The notes beneath the pieces are model-generated. The model was not told the origin of the DNA, did not search any database, and was given only the letters and a program-made list of their open reading frames with translations. A stretch of DNA of 64,000 nt from Nitrosopumilus sp. (GTDB lineage Archaea; Thermoproteota; Nitrososphaeria; Nitrososphaerales; Nitrosopumilaceae), in assembly GCA_965218785.1 (NCBI GenBank), contig OZ244650.1, forward strand, positions 32,001 through 96,000. The letters are read 5' to 3'. Below are positions 40,832-51,881 of the stretch, piece after piece. The position numbers and the translations under genes were made by a program. Position 1 is the stretch's first letter. Each line of letters starts with the position of its first letter.

Positions 40832-43800
40832 ATGAAAAAAATAATTTCTGAAGCAGACGTTGAAGAAAATGTTCTAGATATTCTAAAAGATTTAGGTTAT
40901 GAAATAATTCTAGGAAAAAATGAAGATTATCTTCCAGGCGGAAATAACTCATTAAGAGATAGCTATCAAGATATCATATTAGAAAACCGATTACGTAACG
41001 CTTTAAAACAAATTAATCCATCAGTATCTGATTTATCAATTGAACATGCAATAAAACAAGTTTTGCGAAACTCCAGTCAGAAGTTTATTGTAAACAATGA
41101 GAATTTTCACAAAATGCTCGTAGATGGAATAGACGTACCATCACAAAAGGATGTGGAAAGATACGAAAAAATATGGCTTTTTGAGTTTGATCCAAAAAAA
41201 ATCCATAATAATGATTTTGTTGCAACAAACCAGTTCACAGTAATAGAAAACAATATGGAAAGAAGACTCGACATAATACTCTTCATTAATGGTATTCCGT
41301 TACTAGTTTTTGAGCTAAAAAACTTGGCAGATGAAAAGGTAGACATTTGGACTGCATATAATCAATTCCAAACGTATATGGAACAGCTTCCTACTTTGTT
41401 CAAATTCAATGAAATACTTGTAATTAGCGATGGAATACAAGCAAGAGCGGGAACTATAACTTCAAACAAGGAACGATTCATGGAGTGGAAAACAGTTGAT
41501 GGTCATGTATCAAAGAAAAATTTGACTGCAATTGAAATTCTTTTGCGTGGATTATGTGACAGACAAAAACTCTTAGATATAATTAGAAATTTTATTATTT
41601 TTGAAAAGAACAAGAAGATAACAAAAAAACTTGCTGCATATCATCAATATCGAGCTGTAAACAAGGCAGTAGAATCCACAATCTGTGCTAGAAGAAAAAA
41701 TAAAAAAGCAGGTATAATTTGGCACACGCAAGGCTCCGGCAAATCATTAACCATGATATTTTACACAGGAAAGCTTGTCCGAGAGCTCGACAATCCAACT
41801 ATAGTTGTATTAACCGATAGAAATGATCTTGATGATCAACTGTTTGGTACTTTTGGCAGATGTCAGGATATTCTGAGACAAAAACCCAAACAAGCAGACA
41901 AGAGAACAGATCTTGAAAAACTAATCAATGTATCTTCAGGAGGTATTGTATTTACAACAATTCAGAAATTCTTTCCAGATAAAGATAGGAAGAAATATCC
42001 TGTATTGTCTGAACGAGATAATATTTTTGTGATTGTGGATGAAGCACATAGAAGTCAATATGGTTTTTCTGCCAAGATCGTAAATAAAAAAGACAAAGAA
42101 ACATTGATCACATATGGTTACGCAAAATATCTCAGAGATGCACTACCAAACGCATCGTTTATTGGTTTCACGGGAACACCAATCGAAAAATCTGACAAAT
42201 CAACTCCTGCAGTATTTGGTAAATATGTGGATTCATACGATATAGAACAAGCAGTAGAAGATGGTGCAACTGTGAGAATTTATTATGAAAGTAGACTTGC
42301 CAAACTGGATCTAAAACTAGAAGAAAAACCAAAAATTGATAAAGAATTTGAAGATGTGACAGAAGGAGGAGAAGAAGAGGAAAAAGAAAAATTAAAAAGC
42401 AAATGGGCAAGAACTGAAAAGATAGTCGGCTCTCCCAGACGAATAAAAAGAATAGCAAAAGATATTGTGGATCATTTTGAAGAACGAACCTCGATTTTCG
42501 AGGGAAAGGCAATGATAGTGTGCATGTCACGAAGAATCTGTGTTGATTTACATGACGAGATAACAAAACTTAGGCCTTTATGGCACCACAACGATGATGA
42601 TAAAGGAATAATCAAAGTAGTCATGACGGGTTCAGCTTCGGATCCAAAAGAATGGCAAGAACATATACGGAACAAAGCCAGAAGAAAGATAATTGGAGAT
42701 AATTTCAAAGAAGAAGAAGAAAAGCCACAGATCATCATTGTAAGAGACATGTTTCTTACTGGATTTGATGCTCCATCTTTACACACAATGTATCTGGACA
42801 AACCAATCAAGGGTCACTCTCTCATGCAAGCAATTGCAAGAGTTAACAGGATATATCCTGGAAAAGAAGGTGGTCTAGTAGTAGATTATATAGGAATAGG
42901 TGCGGATCTAAAAAAAGCATTAGTGGACTATACCAAAAGTGGTGGAAATGGTAAACCTGCTTTTGATCAAAACCAAGCAATATCACTTATGCTTGAAAAA
43001 TATGAAATTGTAAGGGATATGTTCTACGGTTTTGATTACAGAGAATTCTTTGATCTCAAACCCAATCAGAGAATCTCATTTATACCTGATGCTATGGAGC
43101 ATATTCTAAAGGAAAAAGGAAAGAAAGAGAGATTTGAAAAAGAAACTACAGCACTTTTGAAGGCATTTTCTCTTGCTGTGCCAAGTGACAAAGCAATGAA
43201 TATTAAAGACGAAGTAGGATTGTTTCAAGCAATTAAATCTGCAATCACCAAAACAATTGAATCCAAAAATATACTCAAAGGTGAGTTTGATGCAGGAATT
43301 AAACAAATTCTTTCAAAGGCAGTAGTATCTGACAGAATAGTAGATATATTTGAAGCGGCAGGATTACAAAAACCAGAACTCTCAATATTATCCGAAGAAT
43401 TTCTAAAAGAAGTCAAAGAAATGCCTCAAAAGAATCTTGCATTTGAAGCACTTAAAAAATTACTTAATGATGAAATTAGATTATTTGCAAAGAAAAATAT
43501 TGTTCAGGGAAAATCGTTTATGGATTTGTTAGATAAAGCTATTAAAAAATACACCAACAGAAGTGTAGATACAGCACAAATCATTGATGAACTTGTGTCA
43601 CTTGCAAGAAAAATAAGAGATGAGAAAAAAAGAGGAAAAGATCAAAATCTTTCAGATGATGAGATTGCGTTCTATGATGCACTTGAGGTTAATGACAGTG
43701 CAGTCAAAATTCTTGGTGATAAAGTGCTACAAAAAATTGCACTAGATCTGACTGATATGATACGAAATAGTGTAACAATAGATTGGACACAAAGAGAGAG

Positions 43801-43936
43801 TGTTCAGGCAGGAATTAGACTGAAGGTTAAAAAGATTCTTAGAAAATATGGATATCCCCCTGACAAGGAAAAAAAAGCTACCGAAACCGTACTCAAACAA
43901 GCTGGTGTAATTGCAAAGAGCTGGGCAGAATCTTAG
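40832..43936 (+). CDS. hsdR: Type I R-M restriction subunit
   Basis: [48 protein letters not shown]. Confidence 0.95.
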   Translation: MKKIISEADVEENVLDILKDLGYEIILGKNEDYLPGGNNSLRDSYQDIILENRLRNALKQINPSVSDLSIEHAIKQVLRNSSQKFIVNNENFHKMLVDGIDVPSQKDVERYEKIWLFEFDPKKIHNNDFVATNQFTVIENNMERRLDIILFINGIPLLVFELKNLADEKVDIWTAYNQFQTYMEQLPTLFKFNEILVISDGIQARAGTITSNKERFMEWKTVDGHVSKKNLTAIEILLRGLCDRQKLLDIIRNFIIFEKNKKITKKLAAYHQYRAVNKAVESTICARRKNKKAGIIWHTQGSGKSLTMIFYTGKLVRELDNPTIVVLTDRNDLDDQLFGTFGRCQDILRQKPKQADKRTDLEKLINVSSGGIVFTTIQKFFPDKDRKKYPVLSERDNIFVIVDEAHRSQYGFSAKIVNKKDKETLITYGYAKYLRDALPNASFIGFTGTPIEKSDKSTPAVFGKYVDSYDIEQAVEDGATVRIYYESRLAKLDLKLEEKPKIDKEFEDVTEGGEEEEKEKLKSKWARTEKIVGSPRRIKRIAKDIVDHFEERTSIFEGKAMIVCMSRRICVDLHDEITKLRPLWHHNDDDKGIIKVVMTGSASDPKEWQEHIRNKARRKIIGDNFKEEEEKPQIIIVRDMFLTGFDAPSLHTMYLDKPIKGHSLMQAIARVNRIYPGKEGGLVVDYIGIGADLKKALVDYTKSGGNGKPAFDQNQAISLMLEKYEIVRDMFYGFDYREFFDLKPNQRISFIPDAMEHILKEKGKKERFEKETTALLKAFSLAVPSDKAMNIKDEVGLFQAIKSAITKTIESKNILKGEFDAGIKQILSKAVVSDRIVDIFEAAGLQKPELSILSEEFLKEVKEMPQKNLAFEALKKLLNDEIRLFAKKNIVQGKSFMDLLDKAIKKYTNRSVDTAQIIDELVSLARKIRDEKKRGKDQNLSDDEIAFYDALEVNDSAVKILGDKVLQKIALDLTDMIRNSVTIDWTQRESVQAGIRLKVKKILRKYGYPPDKEKKATETVLKQAGVIAKSWAES

Positions 43937-44288
43937 AAAATTCTATATTTTTTGTAATAAACTGAATTGATTAGATTATCCAGAAGAATTAGTTATAAAA
44001 TAGAACAATGTATGTCTTAACCTATAGCGAAAAGACAAAGTTCGTGAACTAAAAATCATCAAAAAACTAGAGAAATTAGCGGATTTTATCCAAGGTAAGT
44101 ATGAATAATAAAATTGGAATCCTGACAATAATTCATAAACTTATGCTTCTTGTTACATATGACTAATTCAATCATAAGATATAACATTTTAGGTACAAAA
44201 TATTACAAAATATTAATTCATACGAATAATGTGATAAAATGAACAATCTTAATTTATTTTTAGTATTATTATGAAACAAGTATATTGA

Positions 44289-45818
44289 ATGATAAATTCA
44301 TCTAATGTTGTGAATCTTGCATTCGAAGAAAAACTTTGGAAGACTGCAGATAAACTTCGAAGTAATATGGATGCTGCAGAATACAAACATGTTGTTTTAG
44401 GATTAATTTTTCTCAAATATATCTCGGATGTTTTCATCGAAATTTATGATGAATTAAGCAAAGATTCTAATTCAGATCCAGAAGATGTTGATGAATATAT
44501 TTCCAGAAGAATCTTTTGGGTTCCTAAAAATGCTAGATGGAATTATTTTGAAAGCAAAGCAAAAAACCCAGAAATTGGTGAAATTATTGATGATGCGATG
44601 GATTCTATAGAAAAAGAGAATATTTCTCTAACAGGCGTGCTTCCAAAAAGCTATGCGAAACCCAATTTGGATAAACAAAGATTAGGGGAATTAATTGATC
44701 TGATTGGTACAATTAGTTTAGGTGATAAAGAAAATCGAAGTAAAGATATTCTTGGACGAGTATATGAGTATTTTTTAGGACAATTTGCGGATGCCGAAGG
44801 AAAGAAAGGAGGTCAATTCTATACACCTCGTAGTATTGTTAAATTGTTGGTTGGGATGTTAGAACCATACAAAGGCAGAATTTTTGATCCATGTTGTGGT
44901 TCAGGAGGAATGTTTGTTCAAAGTGAGAAATTTATAGACGCTCATGGTGGAAAGATTAGAAACATCTCTGTATTTGGTCAAGAAAGTAATCAAACAACTT
45001 GGCGCTTATGTAAAATGAATATGGCGATTAGGGGAATTGATGCAAATATAAAATGGGGGGATTCTTTTAGAGATGATCAATTCAAAGATTTAAGAGCAGA
45101 TTTCATATTAGCTAATCCACCGTTTAATGATAGTGATTGGAGTGGAGAGTTATTACAAGATGATGTACGATGGAGCTTTGGACCACCTCCTAAAGGTAAT
45201 GCAAACTTTGCATGGATTCAAAATTTCATACATCATCTTTCCCCAACTGGAATTGCAGGATTTGTTTTAGCTAATGGCTCTATGACTTCTAACATATCTG
45301 GTGAAGGAGATATTCGTAAGAACATCGTGAAGGCAGATCTGATTGATTGCATGATTGCATTACCCTCTCAATTATTTTATAATACAATGATCCCTGCTTG
45401 TTTATGGTTTGTATCACACAATAAAAAAAAATATAAAATTAGAGATAGGCAAAAACAAACACTTTTCATTGATGCACGTAAAATGGGTGAATTAATTGAC
45501 AGAAGACATAGAGCATTAACAGATGACGACATAGAAAAAATTTCAGATACCTATCATATGTGGCAAGGAAAAATTGATAAAAAATATGAAGATGTATTAG
45601 GATTTTGTAAATCTGTTTCTTTAGAAGAGATAAGAAAACATGAATGGGTTTTATCACCGGGTAGATATGTAGGAGTGAAGACAGAAGAAGAAGATCCAAT
45701 AGAATTTGAAGAAAAAATGAAACAGTTAACAGCAAAGATTGCAAAACAAATGAATGAAGGAAAGATACTTGATGCAGAGATAAGAAAAAATTTAGCGAGT
45801 ATTGGATATGAATTCTGA
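44289..45818 (+). CDS. hsdM: Type I R-M methyltransferase (N6-adenine)
   Basis: [31 protein letters not shown]. Confidence 0.95.
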   Translation: MINSSNVVNLAFEEKLWKTADKLRSNMDAAEYKHVVLGLIFLKYISDVFIEIYDELSKDSNSDPEDVDEYISRRIFWVPKNARWNYFESKAKNPEIGEIIDDAMDSIEKENISLTGVLPKSYAKPNLDKQRLGELIDLIGTISLGDKENRSKDILGRVYEYFLGQFADAEGKKGGQFYTPRSIVKLLVGMLEPYKGRIFDPCCGSGGMFVQSEKFIDAHGGKIRNISVFGQESNQTTWRLCKMNMAIRGIDANIKWGDSFRDDQFKDLRADFILANPPFNDSDWSGELLQDDVRWSFGPPPKGNANFAWIQNFIHHLSPTGIAGFVLANGSMTSNISGEGDIRKNIVKADLIDCMIALPSQLFYNTMIPACLWFVSHNKKKYKIRDRQKQTLFIDARKMGELIDRRHRALTDDDIEKISDTYHMWQGKIDKKYEDVLGFCKSVSLEEIRKHEWVLSPGRYVGVKTEEEDPIEFEEKMKQLTAKIAKQMNEGKILDAEIRKNLASIGYEF

Positions 45819-46791
45819 TAAAACATTAATCTTAATGGACACAAATAAAACTAGAAACATATTAGATGGTTCTCCTCGTTATGATGAATTTGATTTTGGA
45901 AGAGATTTCAAAGTATTAAAGTTGTTTATTGATAAAAATAATTTATCGGATAATATAATTTTAGCAATCACTGAAATGACATTAAAAGAATTACTTGTAC
46001 AAAAAAAGAAGACATATGAAGATGATAAAGAAAATCTAAGATCTGCATCAACTAGACTAAGAACTTTAAAAAATGTAGTAGTTATTCCTGATTTTACTCT
46101 ACCTGATAATTCTTTTGATTGTGTTAACTACCTTGATCCAATAATAAATGAATTCTTAAAAGAAAACAATATTACAATTATTAAAGTTGAAGATAGTAAA
46201 AAATCATCAACATTTGATGCATTAATTCAAAGGGCTATCGATAGAAAACCTCCTTTTAAGCCAGGAAAAAATAATAATTTTGGATCTGGGTTTAAAGATG
46301 CAATTATCTGGGAAACATTCAGTCAAAATGATATCAAAAAAAGTTGTGATAATATAATATTATTTACAAATGATAATGATTTTAATGGATGCGAGAAGGA
46401 AATCAACGATGTTAATTTTAAGATAATTAAATCAACAGGAGAATTAATTGATGAACTTGAATCAATATATGACACACAGATACGTATTAAAAAATATGAA
46501 AAAATATTAGAAAATCAATATTTTGAGAATAATCTTAAACATAATATTGAATTAGAGTTAGACCATACAATAGATGATATCAATATAGTTTCATTGCGTG
46601 ATCAAATTATAGACGATCCAATAGACTTGAAAGAAAAATTCCATTCTCTAAATAAAAATGAAGAATATTTTGAAAATATGATATGTTTAGTTAGCAATAT
46701 CCGGATTTTAGATGATGAGTACATAATATACAGTCTAATAGATCTTGGTCCTAATACAATTATAACAATTCAGGTAGAGAATAACCCATGA
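45802..46791 (+). CDS. PIN-domain protein (DUF4935-like) embedded between hsdM and hsdS
   Basis: [29 protein letters not shown]; overlaps both neighbours. Confidence 0.75.
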   Translation: MDMNSDKTLILMDTNKTRNILDGSPRYDEFDFGRDFKVLKLFIDKNNLSDNIILAITEMTLKELLVQKKKTYEDDKENLRSASTRLRTLKNVVVIPDFTLPDNSFDCVNYLDPIINEFLKENNITIIKVEDSKKSSTFDALIQRAIDRKPPFKPGKNNNFGSGFKDAIIWETFSQNDIKKSCDNIILFTNDNDFNGCEKEINDVNFKIIKSTGELIDELESIYDTQIRIKKYEKILENQYFENNLKHNIELELDHTIDDINIVSLRDQIIDDPIDLKEKFHSLNKNEEYFENMICLVSNIRILDDEYIIYSLIDLGPNTIITIQVENNP

Positions 46792-48069
46792 AACAAAGAT
46801 TCAAGCAGACAGAAATTGGATTAATTCTAGGGAATTAGAATTTTGAAGAATTAAATAAACACGCAAACATCATAATGGGTCAATCACCAAAATCTAAGTA
46901 CTATAATTCTGATGGAAAAGGAATTATATTTTTACAAGGTAATAGAACATTTGATAGAATACATCCAAGATATGATACATGGACAACCAGAGTAACAAAA
47001 CTAGCAAGAAAGATTCAGTGTTTGTAAGTGCACGAGCGCCTGTTGGTAAAGTAAATATTGCTTGTGATGATTTATGTATTGAACGAGGTTTAATGTCTAT
47101 TTCTGGAGACAATAATAAATTTATTTTTTATTTATTTAAAGCATACAAGAGTCACATTATCAGTAAAGAAACAGGAACTATATATGGTTTAGTAACCAAA
47201 GCAAGTATTTTAAACTTCAAATTTCTATTTCCAAGTTTGCATGAACAAGATCAAATTGTTAAAATCCTCTCCGATCTTGATTCTAAAATAGAACTCAATC
47301 ACAAAATAAACAAAACTCTAGAACAAATAGCCCAAACAATCTTCAAATCATGATTTCATGACTTGTTTAGCTAGTCCATAAATCATGGTTTGTTGACTAT
47401 GAGTTCCCAGATGAGAATGGAAAACCGTACAAGTCGTCGGATGGGGAAATGGAGTATAATGAAGAACTGGGAAAGGAGATTCCAAAAGGATGGAGAAATT
47501 GCAATCATAATGAACTAGGAGATTTTAAAAATGGTATAAATTTTTCAAAAAATGAAAATGGTGATTCATCTTTTTATATAATTAACGTACGGGATATAAT
47601 TAAAAATAATTTTGTGTTAGAATCTACGTGTGATGTGATAAACATAGATTTCAATAAAGCCAAAAAATATTTGTTAAAAGAAGGTGATATAATACTTGCT
47701 AGAAGTGCAAGTCCGGGGGAAGTTATTTTTATTTATGAATTTAATAATAAATTAATTTATTCTGGATTTAGTATACGATTTAGATCTTTTAATCCTATAC
47801 ATAGAATTTATTTATTTCAAAATTTTCAATTAATACAAAATATTATCAGATATAATCTTTCAGATGGCACAACTCTGAAAAATATTACTCAAGAAACGTT
47901 AAAACAAATCCAAATTCTTATTCCTGATGATGTGTTGCTTATTAGATATAACATACTTATTAAAAATATACATAAAAAGATAGTCTTATTATTGAAAGAA
48001 AACAGATCATTAATTTCTATTCGTGATTTCTTATTACCAAAATTAATATCGGGTAAAATCAGAGTTTAG
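46788..48069 (+). pseudogene. hsdS: second hsdS: TRD1 broken, TRD2 open
   Basis: [16 protein letters not shown]...MGQSP; frameshift near 47000; 35-bp insertion at 47353-47387; 47449-48069 open to LLPKLISGKIRV. Confidence 0.88.
47380..47489 (+). repeat. central inverted repeat, right copy
   Basis: 110 bp identical to the reverse complement of 38193-38302. Confidence 0.95.
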
Positions 48070-48098
48070 GTTTGATTATAAATCATTTACATTTAGAT

Positions 48099-48293
48099 TC
48101 ATTTTTATTTTGAACTCGTAATAATCAATTTTTTATCTTCAATTTTGATCGATGCTGTGAAGTTATCGTGTGTCAGCAAGAGTAGGTATTTTGGAGAATA
48201 GTTTCAACAAAGGGAATATTTTGATTCAAAATGCTTCTGGGAATCAGTACGGATAAAGATGGATTTTCAATCCAGAGAAGATCCATATTTCAT
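48099..48293 (+). repeat. outer inverted repeat, right copy
   Basis: 195 bp identical to the reverse complement of 37410-37604. Confidence 0.95.
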
Positions 48294-48335
48294 GTCTATA
48301 TCCACATAACTTGGGATAACCGAAAAAACAGAGTT

Positions 48336-48875
48336 TTAAATCCGCGAGGCCACATCAAAGAATGCAGAGTTTGTCTCCTCGATTGTTTTTGAACCTACAA
48401 TGATCCCTTTTCCTGATGTAAACAACAACGCAACACAGCTATCCTGAATCCGGTAAATCAATCCTGGAAACTGTTCTGGCTCGTAGATGCATCTGGGCAG
48501 TGTTCTTGCCAGAGTTTCTATTGAAAGTTTTCTACCCATATCAAACCTTGATACGATGTTTCTTACCTGTGGTGTGATCTTGACAGGCTTTACCAAATCA
48601 TAATTCCGCAGTATCCTGCATGCCTTGCGCAGTTCCCGTCTTGCCTGCTCTGGGCTTTTTGTACCCACGGAGATCAGCTTTCCGGTTCTAAAGACTGTCA
48701 CTCTACCTGTCATAACGTCATCTTTTACATATCCACATCGATACAGCTCCAGATTTGCACTGAGATGTTCATATTTGTTAAATGATTTTAGGTTGACTTC
48801 CTGCTTGAGGTCAGCAGTACACACTGTATTTTGAATCTTGATCTCTGATCGAAGCTTGATATCTGATTTTTTCAA
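48336..48875 (-). CDS. tbp: TATA-box binding protein paralogue (divergent)
   Basis: Two TBP repeats: IQNTVCTADL...VFRTGKLISVG.KS and RNIVS...YEPEQFPGLIYR...LFTSGK. Confidence 0.88.
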   Translation of the reverse strand: MKKSDIKLRSEIKIQNTVCTADLKQEVNLKSFNKYEHLSANLELYRCGYVKDDVMTGRVTVFRTGKLISVGTKSPEQARRELRKACRILRNYDLVKPVKITPQVRNIVSRFDMGRKLSIETLARTLPRCIYEPEQFPGLIYRIQDSCVALLFTSGKGIIVGSKTIEETNSAFFDVASRI

Positions 48876-48931
48876 CTCTAATTGTTTTTGTAATCCCCTG
48901 TTTTAAAAACACTCACAGTAAAACACATTTT

Positions 48932-51577
48932 TTATTTTCCAAAAACAGAAAAGAACTCTAATGCGCCTTTTTTTGAAAGTTTTTTATTTTTTGTAAGACA
49001 GTAGTTTGTGGTAAACGTACATCTTGGACATCCCTCCCACTCCCCATCTTCCTGATTGGAGTCTGCCGAACAATCACAGTCATTAACAAGCATATATGAC
49101 GCGGCCAGTATTTTTTCAAATTCATCAAAAATCATCCTGCTGTATCCGTTAAATCCGTTTGATGAGTTGTCATAAAGATAGATTACTCCATCTTCATAGT
49201 ATGCATCTATCTCGTTTGATTCTGACTTTGTAATGATCTTCGATGCGTTAATCAGCATGTGTATAACCGTATGAACTCGATAATCTGATGACATTTGACT
49301 TTTGGATCCAGAATCTATTTTTAAAACAAATTCTGATGGAATATCTATCCTGACTGCAGAATGCCTTGATCTCCAATTAAAGTTGCGCCATGCCGGAATG
49401 TCTGCACCATTAAACGTCTCAAACTTTTCTATTGATTCATTATAATTTCCCTTTAGATATCCAATAACTGTTTTATTTATTTCGACCATACCATAACGCA
49501 ACTGAATTTTTCTAGAGTTCATTATAACTTCCCTATATACTGCATCATCTGAAATTTCAGTAATTGATGTTATAATAATCGGAATCGTATTTTTTTGTAT
49601 TTCATCTGATTCCTTCAGGCGAGCTATTGCCCCGTTTCGAGATTTTGTTAACGATTCCACCTTGTAGGTTTGTTTGTTAAAATGATAAATTGCATCCTGG
49701 TGCAGCTGGTAATATCCCATGGGAATCCCTCTGGTCCCTATCTTTTTTGAATTATGATAAATTTCAATCTCACCTGACACCCCACGCAAATTGACACTAT
49801 TTGCAAAGGCAAAAAATTCAAGCTTGTCTGGCGTCATAACTGATCGTTTTTCAACCTCCACTGACTTTGTATGTTTTTCAGAAATGATAGGATTTTCTTT
49901 GTTAATTGAAATGATGTGCCTCTGTGCAAGATAATCCTTTATGTGCCGGGCAAAATAATGACATGCTGCATCATCTGGATCAAACACGCATACGGCATAT
50001 GATTTTTGTCCCATTCTTCCTGCACGCCCAATTCTTTGAACAAAAGAGTCATACTCGTTTTTAAACGCTGAAATTACCACATCCACACGACCTATGTCGA
50101 TTCCAAGCTCTAGTGTGGGCGTGCAGGATAACGCGTCTAATTCCCCTGCCTTCATCTGCAATTCGTAGAGTTTTCTATCCCTCTGATTAATGCCCCCTCT
50201 GTGAACCTGTATCCTGATTCTCTTGTTTGATTCTTCCAGATTTGATGCAAGAAACTCTGCGTTATTGTGGGAATTACTGAAAATCAACTGTGTAGAACCA
50301 TTTTCATAGCAAATTGACGCTAGCCGCTCCATGGTCGTCCTTTGTCCAAATTTTCTTGGCATGATAAAGATCATGTGCATGTCATGTTTTCTTCTGATCT
50401 TGCTTTTGATGTGTGAAAATGATTCTATAGGCAGATCAAACATATCGGAAAAAAACTCCCTGGAATTATCAAGTGTCGCAGAAGAGCCGACAAACTGGAC
50501 TTTACTCATGTACCTCTTCATTCGTTTTAACACGTGATACACGTTTGATCCATGAAAACTAGTGTAGGAATGGGCCTCATCCATTACAATTATTTTTGCA
50601 TTTTTGAACAGATGGCGCCATTTTTTATCCTGTAAAATCAGATGATAATTGATAAAATCAAAATTTGTTGCAATGATAACTGATTTTTTATATGAATCTG
50701 AAATGACTTTCTCCTTATATTCGGGATTCTGACCGCCGTGAATAGAGTAAACGCCTACAGTGCTGTTTAATCCGCATTTTTCAATTAGCTCTGATATTTT
50801 TGCTACCTGATCATCAATTAACGCATTTAATGGATATACAAACAGTGCAAAGACTCCGCGTTCTTTTACTTTGGAGATTTTCTGTAAAATCGGAATGGTA
50901 AATGCTTCGGTTTTACCAGAACCCGTGGGCGCCGATATTATCGAGTTATCCCCCTTTAGAATACGGCGAATCGTCTCTTCTTGGAATGGCAATAATCCTG
51001 AAAATCCGTATTTCTGTATTCCGCTTCGGATGTTTTCAGATAAAATATCCTTCAAGTTGTTAATGGGAATTTTCTCTGGTTCTGGAGCAGTCATGTTTTC
51101 ATAGTGAATTATGCCTAGTGTCTCTTCTTTGTGGCCCTGGATAATTTCATTAATTATTTTATCTTCATTTAGTAGTGATTCTGGAATTTTACTGATGTCA
51201 AAGAGGATGTCTGATGATATCGGTGTTGGTGATGTTGGTGTCTCTGGTTTTATGACTTTGGGCTTTTGTTTTTTATATTTTTTAATTTCATCTGGATAAT
51301 ATGGTTCGGCTGATTCTATGGGGCCATCACATTGATGCGGTCTGTCTGTCCGGGAATCCATTGGAATGAATTTGCCGCTGTCGGACTTGAATTCCTCATC
51401 CCAGTATATCTCGGTCCCGCATCCTTTATTGCATTGTTTTGTCTTTGAGTAATTAATTCCATATGCCGGTCTTTTTTTAACGACTAATTCAGGATTACAT
51501 CTTGGACAAATCCATGATGCTCCCACATCTTTTGAATTCTGCAAAAGTCTAGTATCACAATCTGAACAGAATTTCAT
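48932..51577 (-). CDS. DEAD/DEAH helicase of the Hrq1/SftH/MrfA (DUF1998) type with N-terminal Zn ribbons
   Basis: Likely start MKFCSDC (51577); PTGSGKT, YPLNAL..DQ, DEAH, SAT, LELGIDIG, QRIGRAGR; C-terminal CDC...GCPRC...C. Confidence 0.85.
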   Translation of the reverse strand: MKFCSDCDTRLLQNSKDVGASWICPRCNPELVVKKRPAYGINYSKTKQCNKGCGTEIYWDEEFKSDSGKFIPMDSRTDRPHQCDGPIESAEPYYPDEIKKYKKQKPKVIKPETPTSPTPISSDILFDISKIPESLLNEDKIINEIIQGHKEETLGIIHYENMTAPEPEKIPINNLKDILSENIRSGIQKYGFSGLLPFQEETIRRILKGDNSIISAPTGSGKTEAFTIPILQKISKVKERGVFALFVYPLNALIDDQVAKISELIEKCGLNSTVGVYSIHGGQNPEYKEKVISDSYKKSVIIATNFDFINYHLILQDKKWRHLFKNAKIIVMDEAHSYTSFHGSNVYHVLKRMKRYMSKVQFVGSSATLDNSREFFSDMFDLPIESFSHIKSKIRRKHDMHMIFIMPRKFGQRTTMERLASICYENGSTQLIFSNSHNNAEFLASNLEESNKRIRIQVHRGGINQRDRKLYELQMKAGELDALSCTPTLELGIDIGRVDVVISAFKNEYDSFVQRIGRAGRMGQKSYAVCVFDPDDAACHYFARHIKDYLAQRHIISINKENPIISEKHTKSVEVEKRSVMTPDKLEFFAFANSVNLRGVSGEIEIYHNSKKIGTRGIPMGYYQLHQDAIYHFNKQTYKVESLTKSRNGAIARLKESDEIQKNTIPIIITSITEISDDAVYREVIMNSRKIQLRYGMVEINKTVIGYLKGNYNESIEKFETFNGADIPAWRNFNWRSRHSAVRIDIPSEFVLKIDSGSKSQMSSDYRVHTVIHMLINASKIITKSESNEIDAYYEDGVIYLYDNSSNGFNGYSRMIFDEFEKILAASYMLVNDCDCSADSNQEDGEWEGCPRCTFTTNYCLTKNKKLSKKGALEFFSVFGK

Positions 51578-51881
51578 TAATAATTTTTGTAAATATACCA
51601 TTAATGAATAGTGCTTTGTTGAACAAGACATCCTGTATTCTCAATAGATCACTATTCCACTAACAAGAACTTCTCCCGTCAGTATGTATTCAAATAAACA
51701 TTGGATTTAGATCTGATTCTTTCATCAGTAATAGTACATGAAATGTAATAGACATCTCAAATTCAATTGAATTGATCATTACAAAAACTGATCACTGATT
51801 TTCTAGTAAGAGTGTCATTTTAATAAATTCACATAAAAAAATTAGCGAATGATTTAAGGAGCCGACTTTATTAAAAAAATT

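Noticed and set aside
36838-48320. CTTGGGATAA shared in inverted orientation upstream of hsdR (~36838-36847) and at ~48310
   Set aside because: Only ~10 bp; could be chance or a promoter element, so not counted as a third IR pair.
48932-51577. DISARM, Druantia or Dpd system call
   Set aside because: Partner genes (drmA/C, druA-D, dpdA-K) are not recognisable in the window.
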